DNA of 35,057 nucleotides from a virus (IMGVR_UViG_2563366917_000007), one strand, 5' to 3'. Positions 19,065 to 30,831 are shown, counted from the first letter of the stretch. The notes: a model not told the origin generated them from the letters alone. Numbers and translations are program-made.

Positions 19065-19088
19065 AAAAGGCGGTTCAGACCGCCTTTT
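19065..19088 (+). terminator. Perfect hairpin after the major capsid gene (possible attenuator or bidirectional terminator)
   Basis: AAAAGGCGGT / ACCGCCTTTT perfect 10-bp inverted repeat with 4-nt loop, 9 bp after the T stop. Confidence 0.45.
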
Positions 19089-19122
19089 AACCTGATTTAA
19101 AGGAAAAGGAGGAGCATGTGTT

Positions 19123-19533
19123 ATGTCAGGCACTTCGCTTAATTCACAACGGCTGGACACTTCTCGCATCACTTGCACGGCGATTATTAAATGCCTTCGT
19201 CCGGTCTACCGCCGCGCCGGAATCGCCTTTACGCGTGGCGAAAACACCGTGGAAGTCACCGAAGAACAACTGGCGATCATTCGTGCCGACAGCGTGCTGT
19301 CTGTGGTATCTGCATCGTCAGCAGAAATGCTCGCTGAGGCTGGGGGGCTGGACGTTCTGGGTATGGGCGATCTGAATACCCGTATCCGTGCGACCGTTGC
19401 CGGTCTGGATAAGGCAAACCCGGAGCACTTTACCGCAGGGGGAGAACCCAAAGTGAAAGCCGTCAGTGCGGCGCTGGGGGAACCGGTGAGCAGTGCGCAA
19501 ATCAAAGCGGCGCTGGCTGAGGCGGATGCATGA
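19123..19533 (+). CDS. Hypothetical head protein (Mu gp35 position)
   Basis: 136-aa ORF with AAGGAGGAG RBS; Ala-rich. Confidence 0.55.
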   Translation: MSGTSLNSQRLDTSRITCTAIIKCLRPVYRRAGIAFTRGENTVEVTEEQLAIIRADSVLSVVSASSAEMLAEAGGLDVLGMGDLNTRIRATVAGLDKANPEHFTAGGEPKVKAVSAALGEPVSSAQIKAALAEADA

Positions 19534-19955
19534 ATTACGCGACGGTAAATGACCTGTGCGCCCGCTATACACGTACGCGGCTGGATATTCTCACCCGCCC
19601 TAAAACAGCGGACGGGCAGCCGGATGATGCCGTGGCAGAACAGGCACTGGCAGATGCTTCGGCCTTTATTGATGGCTATCTCGCCGCGCGCTTTGTTCTG
19701 CCGCTTACCGTCGTCCCCTCACTGCTGAAACGGCAGTGTTGCGTGGTGGCCTGGTTTTATCTGAATGAATCACAACCCACCGAGCAGATCACCGCAACTT
19801 ACAGGGACACGGTGCGCTGGCTGGAACAGGTGCGCGATGGCAAAACAGATCCCGGCGTGGAAAGCAGGACGGCAGCCTCGCCGGATGGTGAAAACCTTGT
19901 GCAGGTGCAGTCTGACGCGCCGGTCTTCTCACGAAAACAGAAGGGGTTTATCTGA
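19530..19955 (+). CDS. Head completion / connector-like protein (Mu gp36 position)
   Basis: 141-aa ORF, ATGA coupling; synteny. Confidence 0.55.
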   Translation: MNYATVNDLCARYTRTRLDILTRPKTADGQPDDAVAEQALADASAFIDGYLAARFVLPLTVVPSLLKRQCCVVAWFYLNESQPTEQITATYRDTVRWLEQVRDGKTDPGVESRTAASPDGENLVQVQSDAPVFSRKQKGFI

Positions 19956-20503
19956 TGCTGGAAGAAACCGAAGCCGCACTGCTGGCGCGCGTTCGTGAGT
20001 TGTTTGGGGCAACCCTGCGGCAGGTGGAACCCCTTACCGGCACATGGACTAACGAGGATGTGCACCGTCTCTTTCTGGCCCCGCCATCGGTATTTCTGGC
20101 ATGGATGGGCTGTGGTGAGGGGCGTACGCGTCGGGAAGTTGAAAGTCGCTGGGCATTTTTTGTCGTGGCGGAGTTGCTGAACGGGGAACCGGTAAACCGG
20201 CCCGGTATTTATCAGATTGTGGAGCGACTGATTGCCGGTGTTAACGGTCAGACGTTTGGCCCGACCACCGGGATGAGGCTGACGCAGGTCAGAAATCTTT
20301 GTGACGACAACCGTATCAATGCCGGTGTGGTGCTTTACGGCGTTCTGTTCAGTGGCACAACCCCGCTGCCGTCCGTAGTGGACCTGGATTCGCTGGATGA
20401 TTACGAGCGTCACTGGCAGACCTGGAAATTCCCGGACGAAACCCCGGAATTTGCCGCACATATCAATGTGAATCAGGAAAAGGATCATGATGCTGAAAAT
20501 TAA
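19955..20503 (+). CDS. Head-tail joining protein (Mu gp37 position)
   Basis: 182-aa ORF, start overlaps upstream stop; synteny. Confidence 0.55.
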   Translation: MLEETEAALLARVRELFGATLRQVEPLTGTWTNEDVHRLFLAPPSVFLAWMGCGEGRTRREVESRWAFFVVAELLNGEPVNRPGIYQIVERLIAGVNGQTFGPTTGMRLTQVRNLCDDNRINAGVVLYGVLFSGTTPLPSVVDLDSLDDYERHWQTWKFPDETPEFAAHINVNQEKDHDAEN

Positions 20504-20693
20504 ACCCGCAGCGGGAAAAGCCATCCGTGACCCGCTCACGATGAAATTACTGGCTCCGGAGGGAGAAGAAAAGCCCCGTAACAGTTTCTGGATACGTCGC
20601 CTTGCAGCCGGTGATGTGGTTGAAATCGGGAGCACCGAAAACACGGCGGATGATACCGACGCTGCGCCGAAAAAACGGAGTAAATCGAAATGA
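20487..20693 (+). CDS. Small virion protein (Mu gp38 position)
   Basis: 68-aa ORF, coupled to the sheath gene. Confidence 0.5.
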
Positions 20694-22177
20694 GCGATAT
20701 TTCATTTAACGCGATCCCGTCAGATGTTCGCGTTCCTCTGACGTATATCGAATTTGATAACAGTAATGCCGTCAGCGGAACACCGGCACCCCGTCAGCGC
20801 GTGCTGATGTTCGGGCAAAGCGGAAGTAAAGCCAGTGCGGCACCAAACGTGCCTGTCCGTATCCGTTCCGGCTCACAGGCCAGTGCGGCATTTGGTCAGG
20901 GTTCCATGCTGGCACTGATGGCAGATGCATTCCTGAACGCTAACCGCGTGGCGGAGCTGTGGTGTATTCCGCAGGGAAACGGCACCGGTAATGCTGCTGT
21001 CGGTGAAATCTCACTGTCCGGAACGGCAGGCGAAAACGGCTCGCTTGTGACTTACATAGCCGGTCAGCGACTGGCGGTATCTGTCGCAGCAGGTGCAACG
21101 GGAGCGGCGCTGGCTGACCTGCTGGTTGCCCGAATCAAAGGCCAGCCTGATTTACCGGTGACGGCAGAAGTTCGCGCAGACAGCGGGGATGATGACACCC
21201 ATGCAGATGTGGTTCTGAGTGCAAAATTTACGGGTGCATTATCTGCCGTGGATGTGCGCTGGAACTATTACGCGGGTGAAACCACCCCTTACGGGATTAT
21301 CACGGCATTCAAAGCCGCCTCCGGGAAAAATGGCAACCCGGATATCAGCGCAAGTATCGCGGGAATGGGCGATCTGCAATACAAATATATTGTGATGCCC
21401 TATACCGATGAACCGAACCTGAATCTGTTACGCACTGAATTGCAGGAACGCTGGGGACCGGTCAATCAGGCTGATGGCTTTGCCGTGACAGTGCTGTCCG
21501 GCACGTATGGGGATATTTCCACGTTTGGTGTCAGTCGTAATGACCATCTGATCTCCTGTATGGGGATTGCCGGTGCACCGGAACCGTCATACCTGTACGC
21601 CGCCACACTGTGTGCCGTTGCCAGCCAGGCGCTTTCCATCGACCCGGCGCGTCCTCTCCAGACGCTGACGTTGCCCGGAAGAATGCCGCCTGCGGTGGGG
21701 GATCGTTTCACCTGGTCAGAACGTAATGCGCTGCTGTTTGACGGCATCTCCACGTTTAACGTGAATGATGGTGGTGAAATGCAGATTGAACGCATGATCA
21801 CGATGTACCGCACAAACAAGTACGGTGACAGCGATCCGTCTTATCTGAACGTGAATACCATCGCCACGCTGAGTTATCTGCGTTATTCGCTGCGAACCCG
21901 CATCACGCAGAAATTCCCGAACTACAAGCTGGCAAGTGATGGCACCCGCTTTGCCACCGGTCAGGCCGTGGTGACGCCATCCGTGATCAAGACGGAACTG
22001 CTGGCACTGTTTGAAGAATGGGAAAACGCCGGACTGGTCGAGGATTTCGACACGTTCAAAGAGGAGCTGTATGTGGCACGTAACAAGGACGACAAAGACC
22101 GTCTTGATGTGCTGTGCGGCCCGAATCTGATTAACCAGTTCCGCATTTTCGCGGCACAAGTTCAGTTCATTCTGTAA
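20690..22177 (+). CDS. L: Contractile tail sheath protein
   Basis: 495 aa (same as Mu L); followed by a 118-aa tube protein. Confidence 0.85.
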
Positions 22178-22186
22178 GGAGCATTT

Positions 22187-22543
22187 ATGGCTGGAAATCA
22201 GCGTCAGGGGGTGGCGTTCATCCGTGTCAATGGCATGGAGCTTGAATCAATGGAAGGTGCCTCCTTCACGCCTTCCGGCATCACCCGTGAAGAAGTGACC
22301 GGCTCGCGGGTTTATGGCTGGAAAGGTAAACCACGTGCCGCAAAAGTGGAATGCAAAATTCCGGGCGGTGGTCCCATCGGGCTGGATGAAATTATCGACT
22401 GGGAAAACATCACCGTCGAATTCCAGGCTGATACCGGTGAAACCTGGATGCTGGCGAATGCCTGGCAGGCGGATGAACCGAAAAACGACGGCGGCGAAAT
22501 TTCGCTGGTACTGATGGCAAAACAAAGCAAACGCATTGCATAA
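22187..22543 (+). CDS. M: Tail tube protein
   Basis: 118 aa, immediately after the sheath, RBS present. Confidence 0.8.
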   Translation: MAGNQRQGVAFIRVNGMELESMEGASFTPSGITREEVTGSRVYGWKGKPRAAKVECKIPGGGPIGLDEIIDWENITVEFQADTGETWMLANAWQADEPKNDGGEISLVLMAKQSKRIA

Positions 22544-22552
22544 GGGGAAACA

Positions 22553-22987
22553 ATGGACGAAATGAATTTAAGTCCTGAAGCACAGGAACTGCGTGACAGT
22601 ATTGTGGCGGAGCTTCAGTCCGGTGGGCTGAAACTGAAAGACGGCCTGCCGTTCGGCACCGGTGACGAGACTGAAATGCAGTATGACGTGACACTGCGTG
22701 AACTGACCGCAGGCGATCTGATTGATGCCCAGGCGGCTGCTGAAAAGCTGGTAATGAGCAAGGAAGGTCCGGTGCTGGTCAGTTCCCCGTCCCGGATGGG
22801 ACTGGAAATGCTGCGCCGACAGATTGCCAGCGTGGGTTGCATCAAAGGCCCGTTATCGCTGGCGCTGATGCGCAAGCTGTCTGTTGATGACTTCCAGCGT
22901 CTGTCGCTGGCTACAGAGATGCACGACATGGCTGTGGCGGCATCGCTGACGCAAGAACGGGGGCGAGTGGCTGCGGTGCCGGAATGA
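22553..22987 (+). CDS. Tail assembly chaperone (Mu gp41 position)
   Basis: 144-aa acidic protein between tube and tape measure genes. Confidence 0.55.
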   Translation: MDEMNLSPEAQELRDSIVAELQSGGLKLKDGLPFGTGDETEMQYDVTLRELTAGDLIDAQAAAEKLVMSKEGPVLVSSPSRMGLEMLRRQIASVGCIKGPLSLALMRKLSVDDFQRLSLATEMHDMAVAASLTQERGRVAAVPE

Positions 22988-23131
22988 TATTGAGAAAGCG
23001 GCGACAGCGATTGGCGTTATTCTGAAAAGTGGCCCGGAATGGGCCTTGTCTCTCCCGCTGTCCCGCTTTTTCCGGCACTGCCAGCAGGCGAAAACCTTCT
23101 CTCAATATCACCGTTAAATCAGGAAATATCT

Positions 23132-25576
23132 ATGACCGGGAAACGCTTAAAAGCGTCAGTCATTATTGACCTTAATGGCAATCTTTCCCGGCGTTCCCGC
23201 CAGTATTCGAACCAGATAAACGCCCTGTCCCGTAGCGGGCAAAGTTCCCTTCGTGCCCTGCGTATGGAGGTTGTGCGCGTTTCTGGTGCCATTGACAGAA
23301 TGGGTTCTCTGTCAACCCGTACATTCCGAATGCTGTCAGCCGGGGCGCTGGGTATCGCTGGCGTGGGTTACACCGCCAATAAACTGTTTATTGGTGCAGC
23401 CGCCCAGCGTGAGCAACAGATCATCGCCATGAACTCGCTGTATCACGGCGATAAGGTCAGAGCGCAGGCCATGATGGCCTGGGCAAAGCAGAACGCGAAG
23501 GACACCACGTGGGGGCTGAGTGGTGTTCTTGATGAGATCCGTTCGTCGAAAGGCTTCGGCATGACGGATGAACAGACGAAACAGTTCATCACCATGTTGC
23601 AGGATCAGGGGGCCATGCACGGCTGGGATTTACCCACTGCACAGGGTGCCTCACTGCAACTGAAACAGATGTTTGCCCGCCAGCAAATCACAGCGGCGGA
23701 TGCCAACCTGCTGACCGGTTACGGTATCAACGTTTATCAGGCGCTGGCTGATGCAACGGGAACGGACGTTAAAAAAATCCGTGATCTGGGTACAAAGGGC
23801 AAGCTGGGCATGAAATCCATTCTGACGGTATTCAGAACGCTGTCAGAACAGTCAAAAGGTGCACAGGCCAGTGCGATGAACTCCTGGGACGGGATGTTCG
23901 CCCAGATGGAAGCCAACCTGCTTGAATTTCGCATAAAGGTGGCAAACAGCGGCCCCTTTGAAGAAATCAAGAACGAGATGCGCCGGGTGCTTAACTGGCA
24001 CGACATGGCGGATAAATCCGGGGAACTTGACGCACTGGCAGAAAACATTGGTCAGAAATTTCTGACCACGTTCAGAACGGTAAAAATCGCGGCGCAGGAA
24101 TTATGGCGCTGGCTGAAACCGGGCAAGGATGCGCTGGTATGGGTTGACCAGAATATTGTCAGCCTGAAAAAACTGGCTGCTGTTCTGGTGTCCGTCTGGC
24201 TTGCCAACAAAGCTCTGAGGACAGGCTGGGCCGTGGCTAAACCCTCATGGCAGGTTGCCAGTTATCCGTTTAAAACCGGGCGTCGTATGTGGCGCCGGAT
24301 GCGGAACCGCAAACGTGAGCAGGCAGGTCTGCCGATCCCGGCGCCCATGACAACTGAGGCGCTGTTGCAGGGCACCGGCATTCAGCGTGTGTTTGTCATC
24401 AACTGGCCCCGTGGATTTGGTGGCTACGGGAGTGGCGGCGGTCGTCGCGGACGCGGCGGCGGAAGAACGCCCCCGCTGTTACCCCGCCAGCCGCTGTTGC
24501 TGCCCGGGCCACGACCACTGCCATTACCTGCACCACGCCCTGTGCCGGCATTACCCCCACCCGGCGTTCCGGCAGCAGCACGCCCCGCGCCACGACCTTT
24601 ACCCGGTAAATCCGGTCTTCCGGGCAGGTTTGCAGGCAGCGCTGCCGCGCAGCAGGTTACGGGAGCGGCAGGAACGCTGGCGAATGCCGGGCGTACTGTC
24701 AGCAGACTGCTTTCCGGTGCCGGAAACAGGCAGACCGCGCCATCTCCGGTCGTCCCGGTAACACCGCGCCCCGCGCCCCGCCCTTTGCCCGCTAAATCCG
24801 GTCTTCCGGGCAGGCTGGCAGGCAGCGCTGCCGCGCAGCAGGTTACGGGAGCGGCAGGAACGCTGGCGGATGCCGGGCGTACTGTCAGCAGACTGCTTTC
24901 CGGTGCCGGAAACAGGCAGCCCGCGCCATCTCCGGTCGTCCCGGTAACACCGCGCCCTGCGCCACGCCCTTTGCCCGCTAAATCCGGTCTTCCGGGCAGG
25001 CTGGCAGGCAGCGCTGCCGGGCAACGGGTTACGGGAACGGTCGGAAAACTGGCTGATGTCGGGCGTGCCGTTGGCGGGTGGTTTTCCGGTATCGGGAACA
25101 GACTCGCAGACAGCGCAATCGGTAGGGTTGTGACAAAAGGTGCCGGGGCGCTGGGCTGGATGGGGAAAGGTGCCGGTCGTGCCCTGTCACGTCTGGGTGG
25201 CCCGGTAATGGGGGCACTCCAGCTTGCCCCCGTCCTGATGGATGAGCAGGCGTCAACCCATGAAAAAGCAGGCGCAATTGGCAGTACAGCCGGTGCATGG
25301 CTCGGCGGTGCCGTTGGCAGCCTTGCCGGACCGCTGGGTACGGTTGCCGGTGCCACGTTGGGCAGTGTCGCCGGGGAGTATCTGGGCGGTTTTGTAACCG
25401 ACCTGTATCAGAAATGGACGGCCCCGGATAAGGAACCGCAGGAACAAAAAGTGAATGCGGAAGCCTCGCTGCGCGTCGAACTTGGCGAGGGGTTACGTCT
25501 GACCAGTTCCCGCGTCACCGAGGACGGTATGGGGCTGAATATTTACGCGGGCGATAACTACATTACAGGCTGGTAA
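23132..25576 (+). CDS. Y: Tail tape measure protein
   Basis: Start at ATG 23132 (RBS AGGAAAT) rather than ORF-track 23039; ~814 aa; helical N-terminal half, Gly/Pro-rich low-complexity C-terminal half. Confidence 0.8.
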   Translation: MTGKRLKASVIIDLNGNLSRRSRQYSNQINALSRSGQSSLRALRMEVVRVSGAIDRMGSLSTRTFRMLSAGALGIAGVGYTANKLFIGAAAQREQQIIAMNSLYHGDKVRAQAMMAWAKQNAKDTTWGLSGVLDEIRSSKGFGMTDEQTKQFITMLQDQGAMHGWDLPTAQGASLQLKQMFARQQITAADANLLTGYGINVYQALADATGTDVKKIRDLGTKGKLGMKSILTVFRTLSEQSKGAQASAMNSWDGMFAQMEANLLEFRIKVANSGPFEEIKNEMRRVLNWHDMADKSGELDALAENIGQKFLTTFRTVKIAAQELWRWLKPGKDALVWVDQNIVSLKKLAAVLVSVWLANKALRTGWAVAKPSWQVASYPFKTGRRMWRRMRNRKREQAGLPIPAPMTTEALLQGTGIQRVFVINWPRGFGGYGSGGGRRGRGGGRTPPLLPRQPLLLPGPRPLPLPAPRPVPALPPPGVPAAARPAPRPLPGKSGLPGRFAGSAAAQQVTGAAGTLANAGRTVSRLLSGAGNRQTAPSPVVPVTPRPAPRPLPAKSGLPGRLAGSAAAQQVTGAAGTLADAGRTVSRLLSGAGNRQPAPSPVVPVTPRPAPRPLPAKSGLPGRLAGSAAGQRVTGTVGKLADVGRAVGGWFSGIGNRLADSAIGRVVTKGAGALGWMGKGAGRALSRLGGPVMGALQLAPVLMDEQASTHEKAGAIGSTAGAWLGGAVGSLAGPLGTVAGATLGSVAGEYLGGFVTDLYQKWTAPDKEPQEQKVNAEASLRVELGEGLRLTSSRVTEDGMGLNIYAGDNYITGW
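24581..25080 (+). repeat. 186-bp near-perfect tandem repeat (~2.7 copies) inside the tape measure gene
   Basis: Anchor TAAATCCGGTCTTCCGGG recurs at 24607, 24793 and 24979 (period 186 bp = 62 codons); encoded copies differ at only a few residues. Confidence 0.85.
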
Positions 25577-25580
25577 AACC

Positions 25581-27068
25581 ATGTTTGAAGATGCTTTAAA
25601 TGCCGTTAATGCTGTCCGGGATAAAATCAGCGGTGGTAAGAAAACAACCGGCAAAGGCACGTTTCGTAACGTGCCGTTTCTCGTCATCGAGGAGCAAAAA
25701 CAGGCTGGCGGACGTCGCCTGGTTAAACGCGAGTACCCGTTACGTGATACCGGCGGCGTCAATGACCTGGGGAAAAAGCTTCGCTCCCGTACATTCAGCG
25801 CCTGCATTCTGAACAGCAACGCAGAAACAGCCAGAGATGAAGCGGGTGCGCTGATGGATGCTCTTGATGCTCCGGGTGGCGGTGAGCTGGTACATCCTGA
25901 TTTCGGCACTGTGGACGTCATGGTGGATTCATGGGAATGCCGCACTAAAGCGGATGAACTGAATTATTACGCGTTCACCGTTACCGTTTATCCGTCGTTG
26001 CAGGATACTGCCCCGGACTCAGAGACAGACACCAGTGCAGCCGTACCGGCACAGGCCGTTGCTGTAACCGGTTCTCTGGGAGATACGCTGTCCTCTGTCT
26101 GGCAGACCGTAAAAGATGGCACTGCGGCGGCAACCGCCGTGATGGAAGCTGTAACCGGTGTCATCGATGATATCAGTGATGCGGTGGACAATCTGGGGGT
26201 TACGCAGACTGTCAGCGGTCTGATGGGATCGCTTTCTGCGATGAAAGGCTCTGTGACCAGCCTGATTAACCAGCCTGCCATGCTGGCCTCCTCGCTGATG
26301 GGGGCGCTGTCCGGCGTTTCATCGTTATGCGATACCCGGACAGCATTTTCCACATGGAACCGTCTGGCGCAGCGATTCGAACGTCGCCATGCCGCCACCG
26401 CAGGCAGACAGGGGACAATCACAACCTCGTACAACAGTCCGGTTGCAGAAAAAAATATTGCCACACTGAACTACGTCATGCTGGCAGCAGCACAGACATA
26501 CCGGGCGGAGGCAGCAAGCCAGGCACTGACTGCGGCACTGGATTTCAGTCGCCGGATGGATAATGCCGCCCGTGCACCTGTACTGGATGCCCCGTCCACC
26601 ACAACCGGCACAGCCAGCGGGGCCAGCAGCACATCCGCTACCGTCACACAGGGACAGTTACAGTTAACTGCCATAACCCCGGACGGCGGTTTTTCACAGG
26701 TATCCTTTTCAGACAGTGGTACAGCCACGCCCCCGGTATTTGAAAGTGTGTCCGATATCGGAAAAACAGCCGCCATGCTGGGGGCAGCGCTGGATACCGT
26801 CATTCTGACGGCATCTGAGCAGGGTTTTTCGACAGACAGCGCTCAGCTTACGCAACTGCGCCTGCTGGTTGTTGCTGACCTGGAAAAACGCGGACTGCAA
26901 CTGGCGGGCAGTGAAATGCACAGCCTGCCGGAGACGATGCCCGCAGTGGTGGCCCTGTACCGTTACACAGGAAACAGCCGGAACTGGCAACGGCTGGCCC
27001 GCAGGAATGGCAGCAGCAACCCGTTATTTGTTCCCGGTGGTGTCAGTACTGAGGTGATTAATGAGTAA
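25581..27068 (+). CDS. N: DNA circularization protein N-like (Mu gp43 family)
   Basis: 495 aa, directly after the tape measure gene; synteny. Confidence 0.7.
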   Translation: MFEDALNAVNAVRDKISGGKKTTGKGTFRNVPFLVIEEQKQAGGRRLVKREYPLRDTGGVNDLGKKLRSRTFSACILNSNAETARDEAGALMDALDAPGGGELVHPDFGTVDVMVDSWECRTKADELNYYAFTVTVYPSLQDTAPDSETDTSAAVPAQAVAVTGSLGDTLSSVWQTVKDGTAAATAVMEAVTGVIDDISDAVDNLGVTQTVSGLMGSLSAMKGSVTSLINQPAMLASSLMGALSGVSSLCDTRTAFSTWNRLAQRFERRHAATAGRQGTITTSYNSPVAEKNIATLNYVMLAAAQTYRAEAASQALTAALDFSRRMDNAARAPVLDAPSTTTGTASGASSTSATVTQGQLQLTAITPDGGFSQVSFSDSGTATPPVFESVSDIGKTAAMLGAALDTVILTASEQGFSTDSAQLTQLRLLVVADLEKRGLQLAGSEMHSLPETMPAVVALYRYTGNSRNWQRLARRNGSSNPLFVPGGVSTEVINE

Positions 27069-28200
27069 TACCGTCACACTGCGAGCGGATGGCAGGCTGT
27101 TTACCGGCTGGACGTCAGTTTCTGTCACCCGCTCCATTGAATCCGTAGCCGGATATTTTGAGCTGGGGGTGAATGTGCCACCGGGTACAGATTTATCCGG
27201 GCTGGCACCGGGGAAGGCGTTCATGCTGGAAATCGGGGGGCAGATTGTCTGCACCGGTTATATCGATTCACGGCGACGCCAGATGACCGCTGACAGTATG
27301 AAAATCACTGTCGCCGGACGTGACAAAACGGCTGACCTGATTGACTGTGCTGCCGTTTACAGTGGCGGACAGTGGAAAAACCGCACACTGGAGCAGATTG
27401 CGCGTGACCTGTGCGCCCCTTATGGCGTTACCGTTCGCTGGGAGCTTTCCGATAAGGAAAGTTCGGCAGTTTTTCCCGGCTTCACGCTGGACCATTCAGA
27501 AACCGTTTATGAGGCGCTGGTGCGTGCCTCCCGCGCACGCGGTGTACTGATGACCAGCAATGCCGCCGGAGAGCTGGTATTCAGCCGGGCTGCCAGCACA
27601 GCCACTGATGAGCTGGTTCTCGGAGAAAATCTGCTGACACTGGATTTTGAGGAAGACTTCCGCGACCGGTTCAGCGAATACACCGTCAAGGGGTATGCCC
27701 GCGCAAATGGTGCTGAGGGTGATGATATTGATGCGAAAAGTATCGTCTCCCGGAAAGGGACCGCGACTGACAGTGATGTGACCCGTTACAGACCGATGAT
27801 CATCATTGCTGACAGCAAAATTACGGCGAAGGATGCACAGGCCCGCGCCCTGCGTGAGCAACGCCGCAGACTGGCAAAATCCATCACCTTTGAGGCAGAA
27901 ATTGACGGATGGACTCGCAAGGACGGGCAACTCTGGATGCCGAACCTGCTGGTCACTATTGATGCCTCGAAATATGCCATCAAAACCACGGAATTACTGG
28001 TCAGCAAAGTCACCCTGATACTGAATGACCAGGACGGGCTGAAAACCCGCGTCAGCCTTGCACCACGCGAAGGCTTTCTGGTGCCGGTTGAAAGCGACCG
28101 TAAAAACAGGAAAGGCGGCGACAGTAACGGCGGTATTGATGCGCTGGTTGAAGATTATTATCGCAGACACCCGGAGAAAACGCCGCCATGGAAAGAGTAA
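27061..28200 (+). CDS. P: Baseplate hub protein (Mu P / gp44, P2 gpD-like)
   Basis: 379 aa (same as Mu gp44); overlaps N stop. Confidence 0.75.
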   Translation: MSNTVTLRADGRLFTGWTSVSVTRSIESVAGYFELGVNVPPGTDLSGLAPGKAFMLEIGGQIVCTGYIDSRRRQMTADSMKITVAGRDKTADLIDCAAVYSGGQWKNRTLEQIARDLCAPYGVTVRWELSDKESSAVFPGFTLDHSETVYEALVRASRARGVLMTSNAAGELVFSRAASTATDELVLGENLLTLDFEEDFRDRFSEYTVKGYARANGAEGDDIDAKSIVSRKGTATDSDVTRYRPMIIIADSKITAKDAQARALREQRRRLAKSITFEAEIDGWTRKDGQLWMPNLLVTIDASKYAIKTTELLVSKVTLILNDQDGLKTRVSLAPREGFLVPVESDRKNRKGGDSNGGIDALVEDYYRRHPEKTPPWKE

Positions 28201-28781
28201 ATGACTCCGCCATGAACCGCCTGCTAACGCCGCTGATGCGTCGTGTGCGCCTGATGCTTGCGCGCGCTGTTGTTAACGTGATTAACGACGGGCGAAAGGT
28301 TCAGAACCTGCAGGTCGGTCTGCTGGATGATGAGGAATCCGATGAAGTGGAGCGCCTGCAAAATTACGGGCATTTCAGCGTTCCCCTGCCGGGCGCAGAG
28401 GCGCTGATTGCCTGTGTGGGCGCACAACGTGATCAGGGGATTGCTGTTGTGGTGGAAGACCGCCGCTACCGCCCGACAAATCTTGAACCGGGTGATGCAG
28501 GCATTTACCACCATGAGGGGCATCGTATCAGGCTGACAAAGGACGGACGCTGCATCATTACCTGTAAAACGGTCGAGGTTTACGCTGATGAAAGTATGAC
28601 CGTTGACACACCCAGAACCACGTTTACCGGCGACGTTGAGATCCAGAAAGGTCTGGGCGTTAAAGGTAAAAGCCAGTTCGACAGCAATATTACTGCCCCG
28701 GATGCCATCATCAATGGCAAATCGACGGATAAGCATATCCACCGTGGCGACAGCGGTGGAACCACGGGGCCAATGCAATGA
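28188..28781 (+). CDS. Baseplate central spike (Mu gp45, P2 gpV-like)
   Basis: 197 aa (same as Mu gp45); synteny. Confidence 0.7.
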   Translation: MERVNDSAMNRLLTPLMRRVRLMLARAVVNVINDGRKVQNLQVGLLDDEESDEVERLQNYGHFSVPLPGAEALIACVGAQRDQGIAVVVEDRRYRPTNLEPGDAGIYHHEGHRIRLTKDGRCIITCKTVEVYADESMTVDTPRTTFTGDVEIQKGLGVKGKSQFDSNITAPDAIINGKSTDKHIHRGDSGGTTGPMQ

Positions 28782-29215
28782 CCGATTTAGCCATTATCTG
28801 GACGAACGGACGCGGCGATATTGCACAGGATGGCATTGATATGCTGACCGACGACAGCCTGACAACCGATGTGACAATCTCCCTGTTTACAGACCGGCGC
28901 GCGCTGGATTCTGACACGCTGCCGGATGGTTCAGATGATCGCCGTGGATGGTGGGGTGACAGTTACCGCGACCGCCCCATCGGTTCGCGGTTGTGGCTGT
29001 TATCACGTGAAAAAGCCACACCGGATACGCTGGAACGCGCCAGAGGGTATGCCGAAGAGGCGCTGGAATGGCTGAAAACAGCGGGCCGGGTAAGTGCGAT
29101 TAACGTCAGAGCGGAACAGTTACATCAGGGCTGGTTATACCTCTACATTGCCCTGACATTACCGGATGGTTCCGTTATTCCTTATGAGTTTAAAGCAGCA
29201 TTTAACGGGGTTTAA
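28778..29215 (+). CDS. Baseplate wedge protein (Mu gp46, P2 gpW / T4 gp25-like)
   Basis: 145 aa; ATGA coupling; synteny. Confidence 0.65.
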   Translation: MTDLAIIWTNGRGDIAQDGIDMLTDDSLTTDVTISLFTDRRALDSDTLPDGSDDRRGWWGDSYRDRPIGSRLWLLSREKATPDTLERARGYAEEALEWLKTAGRVSAINVRAEQLHQGWLYLYIALTLPDGSVIPYEFKAAFNGV

Positions 29216-30298
29216 ATGGCTTATTCACCACCGACATTATCATCGCTGATTGCCCGTACAGAACAGAATATTGAACAGCGCCTGCCGGGTAGCTGGCCTC
29301 AGGCCCGTGAAAAAACGCTGAGTGCCATTGCATATGCTCAGGCGGGCCTTGCTGCCGGTTGTCACGAGCATATTTCATGGGTTGGACGGCAGATTATCCC
29401 GTCGACAGCAGATGAAGATGAGTTGCTGGAGCACTGCCGGTTCTGGGGCGTGCGCCGCAAACAGGCGACAGCCGCCAGCGGCCCGCTGACTGTCACCACA
29501 TCGGCAGCGACCACCATTCCTGCCGGTACACGCTGGCAGCGTGCTGATGGTGTGGTTTACAGCCTGGCTGATGCCATTGTGATTGACCGTGCAGGAACGA
29601 CGGAAATTACCGTTACCGCACTGGCTGCCGGTGAAGCAGGAAATACCGGTGAGAATACCCTTTTAACGTTGATCACCCCGGTTGCCTGTGTTGTTTCCGA
29701 TGCCATCACTGTAAAAGGGTTTTCCGGTGGGGCTGATATTGAGAGTGCAGCGGAGCTGCTGTCACGGCTGGAATATCGTGTCCAGTATCCTCCGTTCGGC
29801 GGTAATCAGTTTGATTATGTTCGCTGGGCGCGTGAAGTCAGCGGCGTTACCCGTGCCTGGTGTTTTCCGACATGGAAAGGCGGTGGCACAGTCGGGGTGA
29901 CGTTTGTTATGGATAACCGGAGCAATATTTTTCCACAACCGGCAGACGTGGAACGCGTGGCGGATTATATCGCCGGTCATACTGACCCGATTACCGGTCT
30001 GATTGTCGGACAGCCTGACGGTGTAAATGTCACTGTATTTGCGCCAAAGGCAAAGCCGGTAAATCCACGGATTTATATATCACCGAAGACAGCCGAACTG
30101 AAACAGGCTATTACCCACGCCATTAATACCATGTTTTTTAATGAGGTGACGCCGGGCGGCGCACTTGCCCCCTCCCGTATTATCCGTGCGGTGGCAGGTG
30201 TTACCGGTCTGGATGATTTTGAAGTGCGTTTCCCGACAGAGATCCAGCGTTCGGAGAATACAGAACTGTTAACACCGGGGACAATTGAATGGCTGTAA
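29216..30298 (+). CDS. Baseplate J-like protein (Mu gp47)
   Basis: 360 aa; synteny. Confidence 0.7.
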   Translation: MAYSPPTLSSLIARTEQNIEQRLPGSWPQAREKTLSAIAYAQAGLAAGCHEHISWVGRQIIPSTADEDELLEHCRFWGVRRKQATAASGPLTVTTSAATTIPAGTRWQRADGVVYSLADAIVIDRAGTTEITVTALAAGEAGNTGENTLLTLITPVACVVSDAITVKGFSGGADIESAAELLSRLEYRVQYPPFGGNQFDYVRWAREVSGVTRAWCFPTWKGGGTVGVTFVMDNRSNIFPQPADVERVADYIAGHTDPITGLIVGQPDGVNVTVFAPKAKPVNPRIYISPKTAELKQAITHAINTMFFNEVTPGGALAPSRIIRAVAGVTGLDDFEVRFPTEIQRSENTELLTPGTIEWL

Positions 30299-30831
30299 CA
30301 CCCTATCAGACGGCCTTTCTGCAATTACTGCCGTCAGGGCTTGCCTGGAATAAAAGCCCCGACAGCAAATTATCTGCGCTGGCGCAGGCCATCAGCGACG
30401 TGATTGCCACTGCGGCGGATGATGCGCGGCAAATGCTGCGGGAGCGTTTCCCGTCCACATCCCGCTGGTATCTGGGTGAGTGGGAATCATTTCTGGGGTT
30501 GCCGGACTGTACAAGCGAAAACGGCACCCTGTCCGAACGCCAGCGGGCTGCCGCGAATAAAATGCGTATGACCGGCAATCTGAGTCGGCGCTTTTATGAA
30601 TGGCTGGCTGCGCAGTACGGTTTTACCGTCAGGCTGACGGATTCCACAGAAGGCCAGTGGGTTACGCAGGTCAATATTTACGGTATTAAAAATTATCGCA
30701 ACGCAACGGTGCTGGATAATGTTCTGACGCCGTTACGTGTTTATGAATCGGGTGCGCTGGAATGTTTACTGGAGAAATATAAACCTGCACATCAGATTTA
30801 TAAATTTGTTTACCATGACGGAGATAACTAA
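30289..30831 (+). CDS. Baseplate/tail protein (Mu gp48, P2 gpI-like)
   Basis: 180 aa; overlaps neighbours; immediately precedes the fiber gene. Confidence 0.65.
   Translation: MAVTPYQTAFLQLLPSGLAWNKSPDSKLSALAQAISDVIATAADDARQMLRERFPSTSRWYLGEWESFLGLPDCTSENGTLSERQRAAANKMRMTGNLSRRFYEWLAAQYGFTVRLTDSTEGQWVTQVNIYGIKNYRNATVLDNVLTPLRVYESGALECLLEKYKPAHQIYKFVYHDGDN

Noticed and set aside
23039-23131. ORF-track start of the tape measure gene at 23039
   Set aside because: The extension has no RBS and is Pro/Leu-rich; the internal ATG at 23132 has a good RBS.
24581-25080. Possible CRISPR array or mobile-element repeat
   Set aside because: The repeat is 186 bp, directly tandem with no spacers, and fully in frame within the tape measure gene; it is an intragenic coding duplication.
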